A DNA stretch of 63,185 nucleotides, taken from positions 88,823,052 to 88,886,236 of the forward strand of contig NC_068988.1 of assembly GCF_001194135.2 (NCBI RefSeq). The letters run 5' to 3'. The position numbers and the translations under genes are program-made. This DNA comes from Octopus bimaculoides. Taxonomy: Eukaryota. Under the pieces are notes generated by a model, which saw nothing but the letters and a program-made list of their open reading frames with translations, searched no databases and had not been told where the DNA came from. This document shows positions 12,359 through 25,649 of the stretch, piece by piece (position 1 is the first letter of the stretch; each line of letters opens with the position of its first letter).

Positions 12359-14686
12359 NNNNNNNNNNNNNNNNNNNNNNNNNNNNNNNNNNNNNNNNNN
12401 NNNNNNNNNNNNNNNNNNNNNNNNNNNNNNNNNNNNNNNNNNNNNNNNNNNNNNNNNNNNNNNNNNNNNNNNNNNNNNNNNNNNNNNNNNNNNNNNNNNN
12501 NNNNNNNNNNNNNNNNNNNNNNNNNNNNNNNNNNNNNNNNNNNNNNNNNNNNNNNNNNNNNNNNNNNNNNNNNNNNNNNNNNNNNNNNNNNNNNNNNNNN
12601 NNNNNNNNNNNNNNNNNNNNNNNNNNNNNNNNNNNNNNNNNNNNNNNNNNNNNNNNNNNNNNNNNNNNNNNNNNNNNNNNNNNNNNNNNNNNNNNNNNNN
12701 NNNNNNNNNNNNNNNNNNNNNNNNNNNNNNNNNNNNNNNNNNNNNNNNNNNNNNNNNNNNNNNNNNNNNNNNNNNNNNNNNNNNNNNNNNNNNNNNNNNN
12801 NNNNNNNNNNNNNNNNNNNNNNNNNNNNNNNNNNNNNNNNNNNNNNNNNNNNNNNNNNNNNNNNNNNNNNNNNNNNNNNNNNNNNNNNNNNNNNNNNNNN
12901 NNNNNNNNNNNNNNNNNNNNNNNNNNNNNNNNNNNNNNNNNNNNNNNNNNNNNNNNNNNNNNNNNNNNNNNNNNNNNNNNNNNNNNNNNNNNNNNNNNNN
13001 NNNNNNNNNNNNNNNNNNNNNNNNNNNNNNNNNNNNNNNNNNNNNNNNNNNNNNNNNNNNNNNNNNNNNNNNNNNNNNNNNNNNNNNNNNNNNNNNNNNN
13101 NNNNNNNNNNNNNNNNNNNNNNNNNNNNNNNNNNNNNNNNNNNNNNNNNNNNNNNNNNNNNNNNNNNNNNNNNNNNNNNNNNNNNNNNNNNNNNNNNNNN
13201 NNNNNNNNNNNNNNNNNNNNNNNNNNNNNNNNTATATATATATTATTGTTTTCAGTTTTATTATAATTCATCTTCATTAAGATGGCAACCAGAATTACAG
13301 TTTTCCTCGTCATGGTCTGACAGTGCCACAGGGAAAATCGTGTAAAACAACATCCGATAATTTTTGGTTATTCAAAGAAACAAAATATAATTGTATTTCT
13401 TTATATTTTTTATATAATATTTTATATTCTCTTGCTTTTCCTAAAAAAAAAAAATTATCCTATTTCTAGATCGTGAAATTATAGAAAACTGTTGAAAAGA
13501 AACACTGAAGCATTGCACAGAGAGATTAAATAGCTTCGGGAGCTTTGGAGTAGAGCGTAGATGAAGTCTTTTGGTGAGACCGTAGATGAAGTGAGGCATT
13601 TACTGAGCCCATTGATGTAGTTTTTGATGAGGTCATAGCTTTGGCTTTTGTTCATGTTTTCGATAGGAGATACTTTCAGTTTTTAATTTCTATTTTTCCG
13701 TGAGGAAAACGAGAGTTCGGTGAAGTAGCATCTGAATTCCTTGGTGAGGTGATAGTTTAGTTATTTTGATTTAAAATTAAGAAATGAGGAATGTTTTTTG
13801 TTGAAGTTAGAGCTTAGTTCTACAGTAACGTTACATTAGAGTTTTAAGGTTGAGAGACAAAGGATGTTTTCCGACGAGGAAATTAACGGAGGTTTTAATG
13901 AAGTTACAACTGAATCCTTCAGTAAACAGCAGAGTTCTTTTGATTGAATGGGGCGAAGAAACCACAGCAAATTTTCTGGAAGATATAATTGTGTTTTGCC
14001 CACGAAGTGACTGCGGAGCTTTGGACGATGGAGTAATAACTGAATTTCTGGTGAAGTTACACTTTATACTTGTCTCTAGTCTCTAGTCTGTACGTAAAAT
14101 ATTGGAAGTGAGGAAACATAAGCGTTTATTGATGTTCAACCAGGTCCCTGTGATTTTGTGTGACTATAACAGTATACAATCTTACGATTCATCTATCGAC
14201 AAGCTGATATTGTATCTGTCGTCTCAATGTTATTGTCACTGACCAAATAAATGGCTTAACACCACTTTCTAATCCCTGGATATATTTAGCAAGGGTCTAC
14301 TTAGATCCAAGAATTCCGCACAAATTTGCACTTTTTCTTTTTCCTCACAGCAATCGCAGAAGTTCCATAATTAAATAATAAGCACTGATTTACTTCCTAT
14401 GAATAAATCGTTTCTTTACAATATACACAATTCAGCAACCATCTACCAAAAGTGTATAAATGATGCTAACGTGTATTGTACATCTATATATTTGCTGAAT
14501 ACCGATAATAAATGAGAACGATATAAAGGCTATTCCATAGTAATCGCAGAATTAGTCTCTTATACTTTACCAAATACCTTACCAAATGTTACATTCTTTT
14601 ACCTTTTCTATATTTTTGACGGGTTTTTCAATCATATAACTTACATAATATTGGTTGTCCATAAATTACCTTTAAAAGGAACTTAC

Positions 14687-14875
14687 TTTAGATTTGGAAT
14701 TATCGGTGTTCTGTTGTGGCTGGTAGTTGTGGTATTAGTAATGCTGTTGCTTACTACAATCCAAGATATATGCAGCGTAGGATTAATGCCAGTAACAAAC
14801 AATCCTGGTACGATAGCTATAGAAAAGTGGTCCTCCCATTTTTTGTTCCGCAGTACCGGACTCGAGTCTCCATTA
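14687..14875 (-). CDS. Candidate internal coding exon (E3 of minus-strand gene model)
   Basis: TTATATTTTGAG acceptor, 189 nt open frame NGDSSPVLRNKKWEDHFSIAIVPGLFVTGINPTLHISWIVVSNSITNTTTTSHNRTPIIPNL, donor AA|GTAAGT; phase 2-2. The in-register plus-strand frame is also open, so the strand is not certain. Confidence 0.35.
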
Positions 14876-15094
14876 CTCAAAATATAACAATTCTTTTTAT
14901 AACAGGCATAAGACTTGAAATTTGAAGGGTGGAGTGAGCTGGGGTGAGGTGGGATTAGTTCGACCACAATGTTCAACTGGCATTTATATTATGGACGAAA
15001 TGCAAAGTCGAGATCGGCAGGATTTGAACTCAGAAGGTAAACGGTCGCTAAGCGTAACTTTGAGCAGGATGGGTTACTCGACCTGATGAAAATT

Positions 15095-16340
15095 TTTACT
15101 GCGCCTCACCATCAAGGCGCAAAGCTCGTAGGGCAACCAGCAATCCAGGCAAATTACCCTTCATGCAGCTAGCCACTACTTCCTATATTTCAAAGGCTGT
15201 TATTGGCTTTTCGCGGCGCACCGCCTTCTTCGTAGAGAGCTGCGGCAGCCCGTCGAGGTAGGAAGCGAAATCCATCCCGAAATCCGAATGACCGCTTCTC
15301 CCGAAGCACCGCTGAAAGGCCGCACATATCTGTCTCAGAACATTTATTTGCCCTTCCTCGTTCGGAAAGAATCGGATCGTGGATTTATTGCCACGCCGAG
15401 CGTCTGCTATTCGGGCCCACTGATCGGCTTTCGTCCCTTCGTGTCTAAGTGCTCGTGCCTTAGCTCTGATAACGCAACGCTCATTTCTCGCGTTAAAGAA
15501 TTGGTCGAGTGCCAATCTCGCTGCGAACACGTCGATCGCGATGCCTGTTCTAAAAGCATCGTCTAAATTCTTGACTACTTCTGAGTCTATTCTGTTTCCT
15601 CCTATTGCTAGTCATTTGCTAAACCTTATCTAATCGCCATTTTTGTTCATTATGCCCCGTCAACTCCCTGTAAACTAGTTCCCTAATCCGGTCTCTGAAA
15701 TTTTTACGCACCGGTCACGACGTTTTCAGCTCCCAGTAACCGGGTCCGTGTCTATGAAGCCTATCAAAGTCGATTGTACAGATCACGAATGTGTGATCTG
15801 TGTAGTCGACTACTTTAAACTGTGGACAACCTATACTCTCCTTATCTGATACTTTAGAGAATATGCTATCTAGATACGATCTGGCTGACCCGATACGGTT
15901 AGACCAGGTCCACCGTGGCACATCACAGAAATCCAGTCGATACTTGTCAGACAGTTGGAATTGTATAAGCAGGTTTCTGAGGCTTTTACACTCTCCTCTG
16001 GGAAGTCTGCTAGTCTGTTGCCAGTTGCTAAACTTACACGGTCCGACCTTAAACCTAAATCTCTATTCCGATCTCTCACTAACACTAAACAGCGGGAGGT
16101 TCCCAGGAAAGTTTTCAGGCGTCTGAAGATATCTGGTCGTCCTACCCCTGTCGGGGCATACATGGCAGGTAGCCTGAAAGTATGTCCTTCGTTGTCTATA
16201 ACATTCAGGGCCACCGACGTACCTTCCGGACCCAGGAAGCTCGTCGGTTTTGTAAGATCCAGATTTTCCGAACGATCACGGCGATGCCTACACCTCATAG
16301 ACACCGAAAATAGGTCGGAAATCCCGTTAGTAGTTATCGG
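15095..16340 (-). mobile_element. L1/Tx1-type LINE ORF2 fragment (AP endonuclease, linker, start of RT)
   Basis: Frameshifted FRLPAMYAP, WTWSNRIGSARSYLDSIF...DYTDH (EEP motifs), RAKARALRHEG linker and a decayed PG-DGLPYEL RT start. Confidence 0.85.
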
Positions 16341-16424
16341 TTTTACACTTCTTACTATATTCTGTAACTGTCGCAATATACTTTTCTACTATCGGCACTA
16401 GTCCTGAAATTTTGCTGAAACGCA

Positions 16425-16503
16425 AAGACGACTACGGCAGAATTTGAACTCAGAACGTAATGACAGACGAAATAGCGCTAAGCATTCTGCCAGCTCGCTG
16501 CCT
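16425..16503 (-). mobile_element. SINE 5' head fragment
   Basis: Reverse complement GGCAGCGAGCTGGCAGAATGCTTAGCGCTATTTCGTCTGTC...GTTCTGAGTTCAAATTCTGCC matches the head at 35320. Confidence 0.75.
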
Positions 16504-16639
16504 TTAATATAGAACTATTACAGTATAGAAACATTTCTCATGGCACCAGCACACAATTTACAGATGCCTACATTTTTTTATATTTTCCGTGAATGTTTAC
16601 GGGTCCAGTTCGTAATAACAACAACAATAATAATAATGA

Positions 16640-17017
16640 TTTTTTTTATTTGCCACCAGGGCGAAAGATGAGGGGACAATACAAAGACAGACATAAAATG
16701 TGGGCTTTACATGGAATTTTAAAATAAAAAGTACACACGGTATACATTAGAAGGGAAGTATACGTAGTATATGACGCTAGAAAAAGAGGAAAAAAGTGAT
16801 AGTCATGGGGTCTCCCTGATACAGGAGGATTTCTAGGGTTAATCAAGGAACCCCTCCATCAAAGATCACCCTGAACATTAAGGACGAGGGCCCTCTCCAA
16901 CTTCTTCCGACTCATAGGCATACACTGAGAGTGGTACCATCCACTCTTGCCATTTTCAAAACTTTCTCCCATCTTTTCATAAATTCACTCGAGGACAGCA
17001 CCTCCCTCTCCACCCTC
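16640..17017 (-). mobile_element. L1/Tx1-type LINE 3' end with A-rich tail
   Basis: ORF end RVEREVLSSSEFMKRWEKVLKMARVDGTTLSVCL*, then a 3' UTR ending GGCAAATAAAAAAAA; family assignment partly from recall. Confidence 0.55.
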
Positions 17018-17019
17018 AC

Positions 17020-17041
17020 TTAATAATAATTAATAATAATT

Positions 17042-17081
<40 letters not shown>

Positions 17082-17088
17082 CATAATC

Positions 17089-17121
<33 letters not shown>

Positions 17122-17461
17122 CTAACATTACCTACCACTATTACTATCACCAAGACAACTACAATCCCCCCTATCAGCACAGCTACTTGTGTCATATACA
17201 GCACCACCACCAAAACCACTACCACCACGTCCACCACGACCATGACCATGACCACGACGACGATCACCACCACCACCACCACCACCACAACAACAACAAC
17301 AACAACAGCAACTACAGCAACCGCAACAACAACAACAACAGCTGGTGCATAGATGCCGCAGCTGTTGCAGCTACTACTACTACTGCTGCTTCTCCCACCA
17401 TCACCACCACCACCACCACCAACACCACCATCAACACCACCACCACTACTACTACTACCAA

Positions 17462-17508
<47 letters not shown>

Positions 17509-17510
17509 TT
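17020..17510. repeat. Compound trinucleotide microsatellite (TAA, CAC/GAC, CAA, CTA)
   Basis: Direct observation. Confidence 0.9.
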
Positions 17511-18529
17511 GCTAGTCCAGTTGCTGTTTGCTGCTCTTCTCCCTGTTATTTTCGTGTAGTCTTATCTTAANNNNNNNNNNNNNNNNNNNNNNNNNNNNNN
17601 NNNNNNNNNNNNNNNNNNNNNNNNNNNNNNNNNNNNNNNNNNNNNNNNNNNNNNNNNNNNNNNNNNNNNNNNNNNNNNNNNNNNNNNNNNNNNNNNNNNN
17701 NNNNNNNNNNNNNNNNNNNNNNNNNNNNNNNNNNNNNNNNNNNNNNNNNNNNNNNNNNNNNNNNNNNNNNNNNNNNNNNNNNNNNNNNNNNNNNNNNNNN
17801 NNNNNNNNNNNNNNNNNNNNNNNNNNNNNNNNNNNNNNNNNNNNNNNNNNNNNNNNNNNNNNNNNNNNNNNNNNNNNNNNNNNNNNNNNNNNNNNNNNNN
17901 NNNNNNNNNNNNNNNNNNNNNNNNNNNNNNNNNNNNNNNNNNNNNNNNNNNNNNNNNNNNNNNNNNNNNNNNNNNNNNNNNNNNNNNNNNNNNNNNNNNN
18001 NNNNNNNNNNNNNNNNNNNNNNNNNNNNNNNNNNNNNNNNNNNNNNNNNNNNNNNNNNNNNNNNNNNNNNNNNNNNNNNNNNNNNNNNNNNNNNNNNNNN
18101 NNNNNNNNNNNNNNNNNNNNNNNNNNNNNNNNNNNNNNNNNNNNNNNNNNNNNNNNNNNNNNNNNNNNNNNNNNNNNNNNNNNNNNNNNNNNNNNNNNNN
18201 NNNNNNNNNNNNNNNNNNNNNNNNNNNNNNNNNNNNNNNNNNNNNNNNNNNNNNNNNNNNNNNNNNNNNNNNNNNNNNNNNNNNNNNNNNNNNNNNNNNN
18301 NNNNNNNNNNNNNNNNNNNNNNNNNNNNNNNNNNNNNNNNNNNNNNNNNNNNNNNNNNNNNNNNNNNNNNNNNNNNNNNNNNNNNNNNNNNNNNNNNNNN
18401 TATATATATATATATATATATATTTACATACGTACATTACTTAAAATGTTTCCCAAAATGCTTTGCTCTGGAATTTGAAAATGAAAGTTAAGAGACTAGC
18501 ATCTGTGATTGCATGCATACTTATATAAG

Positions 18530-19630
18530 ACATGCGTGATGGTGGTGGTGGGATGGCTCTTGCAGTGGTAGTGAGTGTGGTAAAAATAATGGAAGCTGTT
18601 GCTGTCCTGATGATGGAGCAGTTGGCGTTTTGATAGCGATGGGGGAGCAAAAGATAAATATGAATTTGTTGTTGGCAGTTGTCGTGCTGCTGTTGGTGAT
18701 GCTGATGACGTTGGTGATGTTTATTTTGCTATTAATGCGGTGGTGACGCTGTTGATGTCGATAGATGTGCTGAAAGCAATGGCGGAGGCTCTCGTATTGC
18801 AATGACGGTACTATAAAGATGGCGGTGTGATGAGCATAGAGATGTCGACTTTACTGTTAAGGGGCTGGTCGAGATGGCGATGGTGACAATGCAGACGCTA
18901 AAAGCAATTGTAGAAGAGACTTATCACAAGTATTGTTACTCCGCTAAGAGCAGTGACTAGAGGTGATAATGATGCTCGTGATGGCTGTGAAGTTGGTAGT
19001 GGTGATGGAAGTGACGGTGGTTGTCGTGATGATGGGGGTAATGATGTTGAGGGCAGTGACGATGTGGTGGTGGTGGCAGCGATGTTGGTGGTGTTGGTAA
19101 TAGTGGTGGTGGCGATGGAGTTGTGTTTTTGTGATAATGGTGATGAAAACGGCGGTGGTGGTGGTGGTGGTTGTGGTGATAATGGTGATGTCGGTGGTGG
19201 CGGTTGTTGTCTCGGTTGTGTTGGAGATGGAGATAGTGATGGTGATGTTGGTAGTGATGATGGTGTTAGCGATATTTGGAACGGTGCTGGTGGAGGTTAT
19301 GTTACTGGTGATGTTGATATAGTGGGAACTGCGGTGGTAATGATGGCGACACAACCTACAGAGGCAGTGGTAATGATTGTAGTGTTAATGGCGATAGTAT
19401 TGGCTGTAGCGGTGATGGTTATGGTGGTGATGGTGGTGGTGGTGGTTGTGATTGTGAAGGTGGTGGTGGTGGTGGTGGTTGTAGTGGCTGGTACGGTGGT
19501 GGTCTTAACAGCTACTACAGAAAATATAGCTAGTGACAATGGTGGTGAGTGCATAGTCAGCAGTGGATTTATATGTTTTACTGAAGATTACAGTATAGTC
19601 AGTCACTACAGTGGTGATGAAGCGGGTAGT
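18530..19630. repeat. Cryptic (GGT/GAT/GTT)n low-complexity tract
   Basis: Strong period-3 G/T-rich decay with Val/Gly/Asp or Thr/His pseudo-ORFs. Confidence 0.85.
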
Positions 19631-19863
19631 GGTTAGATAACAGTGTTGATATGCTTTATCCAGTGGTTATGCTGCAACGATGGAAATGGTTGTGACTTAG
19701 AAAGACTAAAAGAATTACAGGCCAACAACATAGCAAAGACAAATTGGCACCAAAGACGGACAAAATATGATTGTTAGGTATTAACGGTATAAGCAACCGG
19801 GTAAATAGGCAGGTCACTATGGTAATGATTTATGAAAGGAATCATATTAGAGCGTAGAACTAG

Positions 19864-19898
<35 letters not shown>

Positions 19899-20413
19899 TG
19901 TTAAGTATATATAAGTATATATACGTTTATATATATGTATATGTTATTAGGTATATGTCAATTTTATCACACGTACATACATATACACATTAGGTGTGTG
20001 TGCATAGAAAAGATGTATTACGGGTAATTTACTATATGAAATTGGTTAATATTCTGATCAGTAAGTTGATTGAAGAATAAGTGCCAAAAGCAATCTCTGT
20101 ATTCTTCAATATATAACGGGATGTCACTCTCACATATTATGCCGATGCCTTACCATTGTTGTTGTTGTGACGTCGATACACTTACACGGCAGACATAATA
20201 CCAGCACACATGTATTCACACTATTATACGTACATACATACATAGCTATATATATATGTATATATATATATATGTATATATATATGAATGCATATATACA
20301 CATATATAATATATATGTATATATGTGTGTGCGTACAACCCTCTGTGTGCACGTGTGTATATCACGAAAGCCAGAAATGTAAAAAGCATCAAGTAAATAT
20401 ATATATATATGCG

Positions 20414-20449
<36 letters not shown>

Positions 20450-20779
20450 CATGCGTGTGTGTCTGTGTGTTTCCCTGCATGTACACAGGCACACACACAC
20501 ACACGCGCGCACACAAACGCGCGCACTCACATACATATACACAAACATGTATATAGAGAAAAAGACGGTGACAAAACTCCGAAGGAATATTCAGAGAATA
20601 CATGTGATGTTAGTGTTGTGTTGAGCACCAGAAACATCCTAATATCAAAAGCAAATCTTATAGTATTACACCTTCTAAATCCACCATTCTGTCAGATAGT
20701 TGATACCACACCGAGACCAGTTTTTGTCCTTCGAAGCAAAGAGCATCTTCACTAAAATGTCTACATCCATAGTCGAATC

Positions 20780-21100
20780 ACCGATGCCAATCTGTACTCA
20801 GAACGGCTGGAGCGGATATATATTACTGTGCGGAAAAATACCCGATATTAGGTAACAAGAAGTGAGCTCTTCTGCAGCCAGGCAACGCAAGGCCTCATGC
20901 CGCACGAACGATCTTGAATAAACTCCAGGAACTTGAGGGAATCGAACTGATTTCACACTCAGCATATAGTCCGGACCCAGCCCACTCCAACTCATTTCTG
21001 GCCGCCTGAGACACTTAATCAACAAAGAGGAGTTGGAAACTTCAGTGAAGATGTTATTCGCCTCGGATGAGATGAATTGGCAGAAAGGTGACTTCAGACA
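20780..21100 (+). mobile_element. Mariner transposase C-terminal fragment
   Basis: DANLYSERLERIY...LLQPGNARPHAARTILNKLQELEGIELISHSAYSPDPAHSN. Confidence 0.85.
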
Positions 21101-21686
21101 CAGCAACAAGATGGCCTCTACTTGGTCATCTGCTTTTGTTGTAACTTAACGAATAAAGCAAATAAGTTACCCAATGTTTGCAAAATATGTGACTCAGAAT
21201 AACTGGTTGAACGAGATAGAGAGTTAAAATGGATGCAAAATCCCCTCGTAGAATTTTACTCAGCTTTTACCCAATATTTCTAAAGCAATATAGTACATCT
21301 ATAAGTAAACAACAAGATATTCAGAAAGCGTCAATCTACGGTTAACTCTAGCCGGGCATTCTTATTTCATAAAGTCGAATGCAAAAAAAAAAAGAAGAAA
21401 AAAAAGAAGAAAAAAAAGAAACTAGGACCGATTTTCTCCTGTTTCATTAAGACCAATTGCATGTTCAGGGTGTGTTGGATTCAACAGCTAATTTGTTTGG
21501 AGGAACTAAAACAGATAGATAGCAATACAAAATAATATTGCTCATGTTCTCTGAGAGGTGGATATACGTGCACTCAAAATGTTGTATAATATTTGAAATA
21601 ACCATATTGGGAGATGATTATGGTAACACGTTGGTCTCTGCTGATGTCACCCATCTTAAAAACTCACTAACGCTCTATGAAAAGTT

Positions 21687-21733
<47 letters not shown>

Positions 21734-23138
21734 NNNNNNNNNNNNNNNNNNNNNNNNNNNNNNNNNNNNNNNNNNNNNNNNNNNNNNNNNNNNNNNNNNN
21801 NNNNNNNNNNNNNNNNNNNNNNNNNNNNNNNNNNNNNNNNNNNNNNNNNNNNNNNNNNNNNNNNNNNNNNNNNNNNNNNNNNNNNNNNNNNNNNNNNNNN
21901 NNNNNNNNNNNNNNNNNNNNNNNNNNNNNNNNNNNNNNNNNNNNNNNNNNNNNNNNNNNNNNNNNNNNNNNNNNNNNNNNNNNNNNNNNNNNNNNNATAT
22001 ATATATATATATATATATATACAGAAGTGAAACGTTTGGAACAGTCACGGAATTTTATCAAGCACCCACCTACGACAATCAGTCGACATTTAATCAGTCT
22101 CATATTCGATGGAGCAAGTTTTCAATTACATGAGTGTGAGAATAACCAGTTAATAGCAAATAGGCCACCCTTTCGAGAAAATACAAAAATGGAAGGCAGA
22201 TATGCAAGGGAATCAATCTTTTATTGCTTAGAAAGTTAACATTTATGCGACAAAGCAATTCCTCTCCTTACTCAACAAACACTTGCAGAATGACAATAAG
22301 CTTAATAATATATTCATAAAAAAGAACACGATATTCTATAAGTAAAATGATATATTGCATAACTAAAGAATTTCTTAACGCAATACGAAACAAAGCGAAG
22401 TTAACCGTTATAATCAAACCAGCGAGTCGTGTCTTTTAGATAATCGTGCATGAATAGCTACATTGGATCTACAGCAACCACAAGTGAAATAATACTAGTA
22501 CTATCTGTTACATCAGATGAACACAAAACTCATCTATGAGACGACTGAAGCAGTGCAAGAGCTCTTTCAAACACCATCATAAAAAAAAATCTGTATTTCC
22601 CACGAATAAATAGCAAAGAGGAAGGTATTATTGAATTAAGTGAGATCCCATATTGTATCTTGAAAAGATAACAGTTCAAAAGAGTGCAATTTAGTTTGAA
22701 CGACAAAAATAATATAAACTTCATATATAAGGAATAGAAAAACAGAGAAAATGTCGAGTTGCAAACATATTATAAATTCTTTGTTATTTCTTTTTAGGAA
22801 AGTAGACAAAGAAGCTGGGCGGTCAAGCATGATAGGATACACCGCCATTTTGTTTTGTCAGCTAACGAAAATATACGATGGTGATAACTCTCTCAAAATT
22901 CGTGTATACGAGCATGAAACTCTGGTTTTTATGTAGCTACGGAAAACGAACAGAAACACATACAAGATACACACACACGTACGTAAACATATATTTACCT
23001 CTATATATTTGCTCATATATATACATACATATATGTATGCATATATACGCATTATATATATATATATATACATACATATGTATATATCTATATGTATATT
23101 TATGTATATATGTGTGTGTATAAATATATATATTGATA

Positions 23139-23210
<72 letters not shown>

Positions 23211-23227
23211 TATATATATACATACAC

Positions 23228-23276
<49 letters not shown>

Positions 23277-23560
23277 TACATATACACACATAGATGCATA
23301 TATATAAACACACACATACATATGAATGTATATGCGAGTGAGCAAGTGTTTAAATCAAGATAACAGGTTGTCAACGTGCCACCAGCAGATGTACACAGTT
23401 TGTGTGAAACGAGCGTCTAAGTGGGTGTATACATTTGTGTATGATATGCATGTGAGAAGTGTGTTCATGCTTATTTGTTTATCTGTCTGCGTCGTGTGTG
23501 CATTTGTTCGTGTTTAGTGTTCAAAGTAAATTAATTCCATTGACATTTCGAGATGTACTG

Positions 23561-23629
23561 AGAAAGGAATGGAAATCTAGAGAAAGGAATGGAAATCTAG
23601 AGAAAGGAATGGAAATCTAGAGAAAGGAA
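23561..23629. repeat. 20-bp tandem repeat AGAAAGGAATGGAAATCTAG, three copies plus a partial
   Basis: Direct observation. Confidence 0.95.
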
Positions 23630-24098
23630 GTGGAAGAACGAAGTAGAAGAGAAATAAGTGCCAGAGAGTGTAAGAGGTTGACAAGTTTAGTGTCTTTTTG
23701 TTTGGTTTATTAAGTGGGTGATTTGAATTTTTATTTCAAATGTGCCAATATTTTTTTTTCTAGTGTACGAGCGTTTGTTTACGTGTTCATGTGTGACAGA
23801 TTTTAACGTTTTCTTTTTACGAATTGTTGCCTGTGATGGCACACGCTCGCGTATGTTAATGTGCGTTTCTATTTGTCAATGCTCGTTTGTTTGTATGGAG
23901 GGGTCACTGCACTTGTGTCATTGTGTGCCTGTCGGTTTGCAATAATATATATTTATGTGTGTGCATCTGTGTGTGTGTCTGTGTTTATGTGTGTGTTTGC
24001 ATGTGAATATATCGGTGTTTGAAGCTAAATGCATCTGAGTATATACCTTGCCACAACCGCAGATACTTATACGTGTTTATGATTATATATGTATGTAA

Positions 24099-24129
<31 letters not shown>

Positions 24130-24426
24130 TATATGTATGTATGCATGTATGTATGTGTGTATGTATGTATTATGTATCTATCTATCTATCTATCTATGTA
24201 TATATATATATATATATATAGAAATATAAATATACTATATAGATGCTACATACATATATGCCTTCACACGCGCGCGCACACACGCACACACACACAAGAG
24301 CCCATGCACACATATATAGGTAGCTGTATTTTCAATTTGATTTCAATTTATATTTGGCTAGAAAGACCGATAAGAATTGTATGTTCCATTTCAACTTCTC
24401 CAAATCTGATTGAACGTATATGTGTG

Positions 24427-24498
<72 letters not shown>

Positions 24499-24669
24499 CA
24501 TATAGACATACACACATGCATACACACACATATATATATGTATATATAATTTTCTATGCTATTGTTGCAATTTTCTATACGACACAACAATAGTTCTTAT
24601 TCTTCTTATTGCGAAACCTAATAACTGAACTACAGCATGCTTGTAATCGGGGTCTACGTCGTCTTAGTG

Positions 24670-24840
24670 GCGCAGACGACAATATTCTCCCTGAACGGGA
24701 TGCCAGACCGTTATGTAATGAGATAATTACAGCTGAGTGGATTGGTGCAATCTGAAATGAAGTCTTTGGCTCCATAACAAAATGAAAACCAAACCTTGCG
24801 ATCATTAATACAAGATCTTGATCTCTACACCACGGATCTT
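24670..24840 (-). mobile_element. Highly decayed SINE relic
   Basis: ACGGGATGCCAG...TACAGCTGAGTGGATTGGTGCAATCTGAAATGAAGT resembles the central domain of the relic at 61540-61705. Confidence 0.4.
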
Positions 24841-24929
24841 CAAAATGATAACTTAACATCGTGCACCACGACATAAACGTTGGCAATATAGGCACTGACA
24901 TACGTAGACAATTGCTCCTCCTCTACGCT

Positions 24930-25255
24930 TATTATTCAAGTTTACACCTAATATATAAACGTGGTTCTTTCAAAGCCTAGCCAGGCTCATGGGCCCGGTT
25001 TCTATGGCGTATGTATTTCCCTCAACTGGACGGGACGCCAGTCTATTGCAGCGTTACTCAAGAAACAGGAAGAAAGTGTGAGAGAAAGTTGGGGTGAAAG
25101 AGTACAACAGGGGTCGCCACCACCCCTTGCCGGAGCCTCGTGGAGCTTTTAGGTGTTTTCGCTCAATAAACACACACAACGCCCGATCTGGAAATCGAAA
25201 CCGCGATTCTCCGACCGCGAGTCCGCTGCCCTAACCACTGGGCCATTGCGCCTCC
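24930..25255 (-). mobile_element. tRNA-derived SINE (third family)
   Basis: Head GGAGGCGCAATGGCCCAGTGGTTAGGGCAGCGGACTCGCGGTCGGAGAATCGCGGTTTCGATTTCC with A and B boxes, followed by ~250 bp of body. Confidence 0.85.
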
Positions 25256-25279
25256 ACCACCTAAAATATNNNNNNNNNN

Positions 25280-25330
<51 letters not shown>

Positions 25331-25649
25331 AAGAGAAAGAGAGAGTGGAATTTTAACAGGATGAAGAGATTTTATCTTAGAAGATTCCACACCATTATGC
25401 CTTCAGATATGTATACATTTAATATATTACACGAATGGCGATTTTAAATTAAATAGCTTATACCCATTGATTTTATTTCGCATATTACTGTATACTTGTC
25501 TGTGAGAGAAAAAAAAACCAATGTTGCCGGCAGTGTTCTTTTTCTTTCATCTTCTTTGTTATGCCATTCTATTGTTTGATACTGACTTTGGTTCTGCTGT
25601 GTGTGGTGTAGTTTATTTTATGTCTGACTTTGTCTCTAGCTTTAATCAG

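Noticed and set aside
13240-13320. ACCATG start with MTRKTVILVAILMKM on the minus strand
   Set aside because: No convincing donor, and the frame runs into a TA repeat and gap.
18953-19636. 227-aa plus-strand ORF rich in G, D and V
   Set aside because: Explained by the decayed GGT/GAT repeat; no splice or domain support.
22798-22936. Strong plus-strand acceptor followed by an open frame
   Set aside because: No strong donor and no compatible partner exon identified.
23561-23629. Direct repeats that might suggest a CRISPR array
   Set aside because: Head-to-tail 20-mers with no spacers, in eukaryotic DNA.
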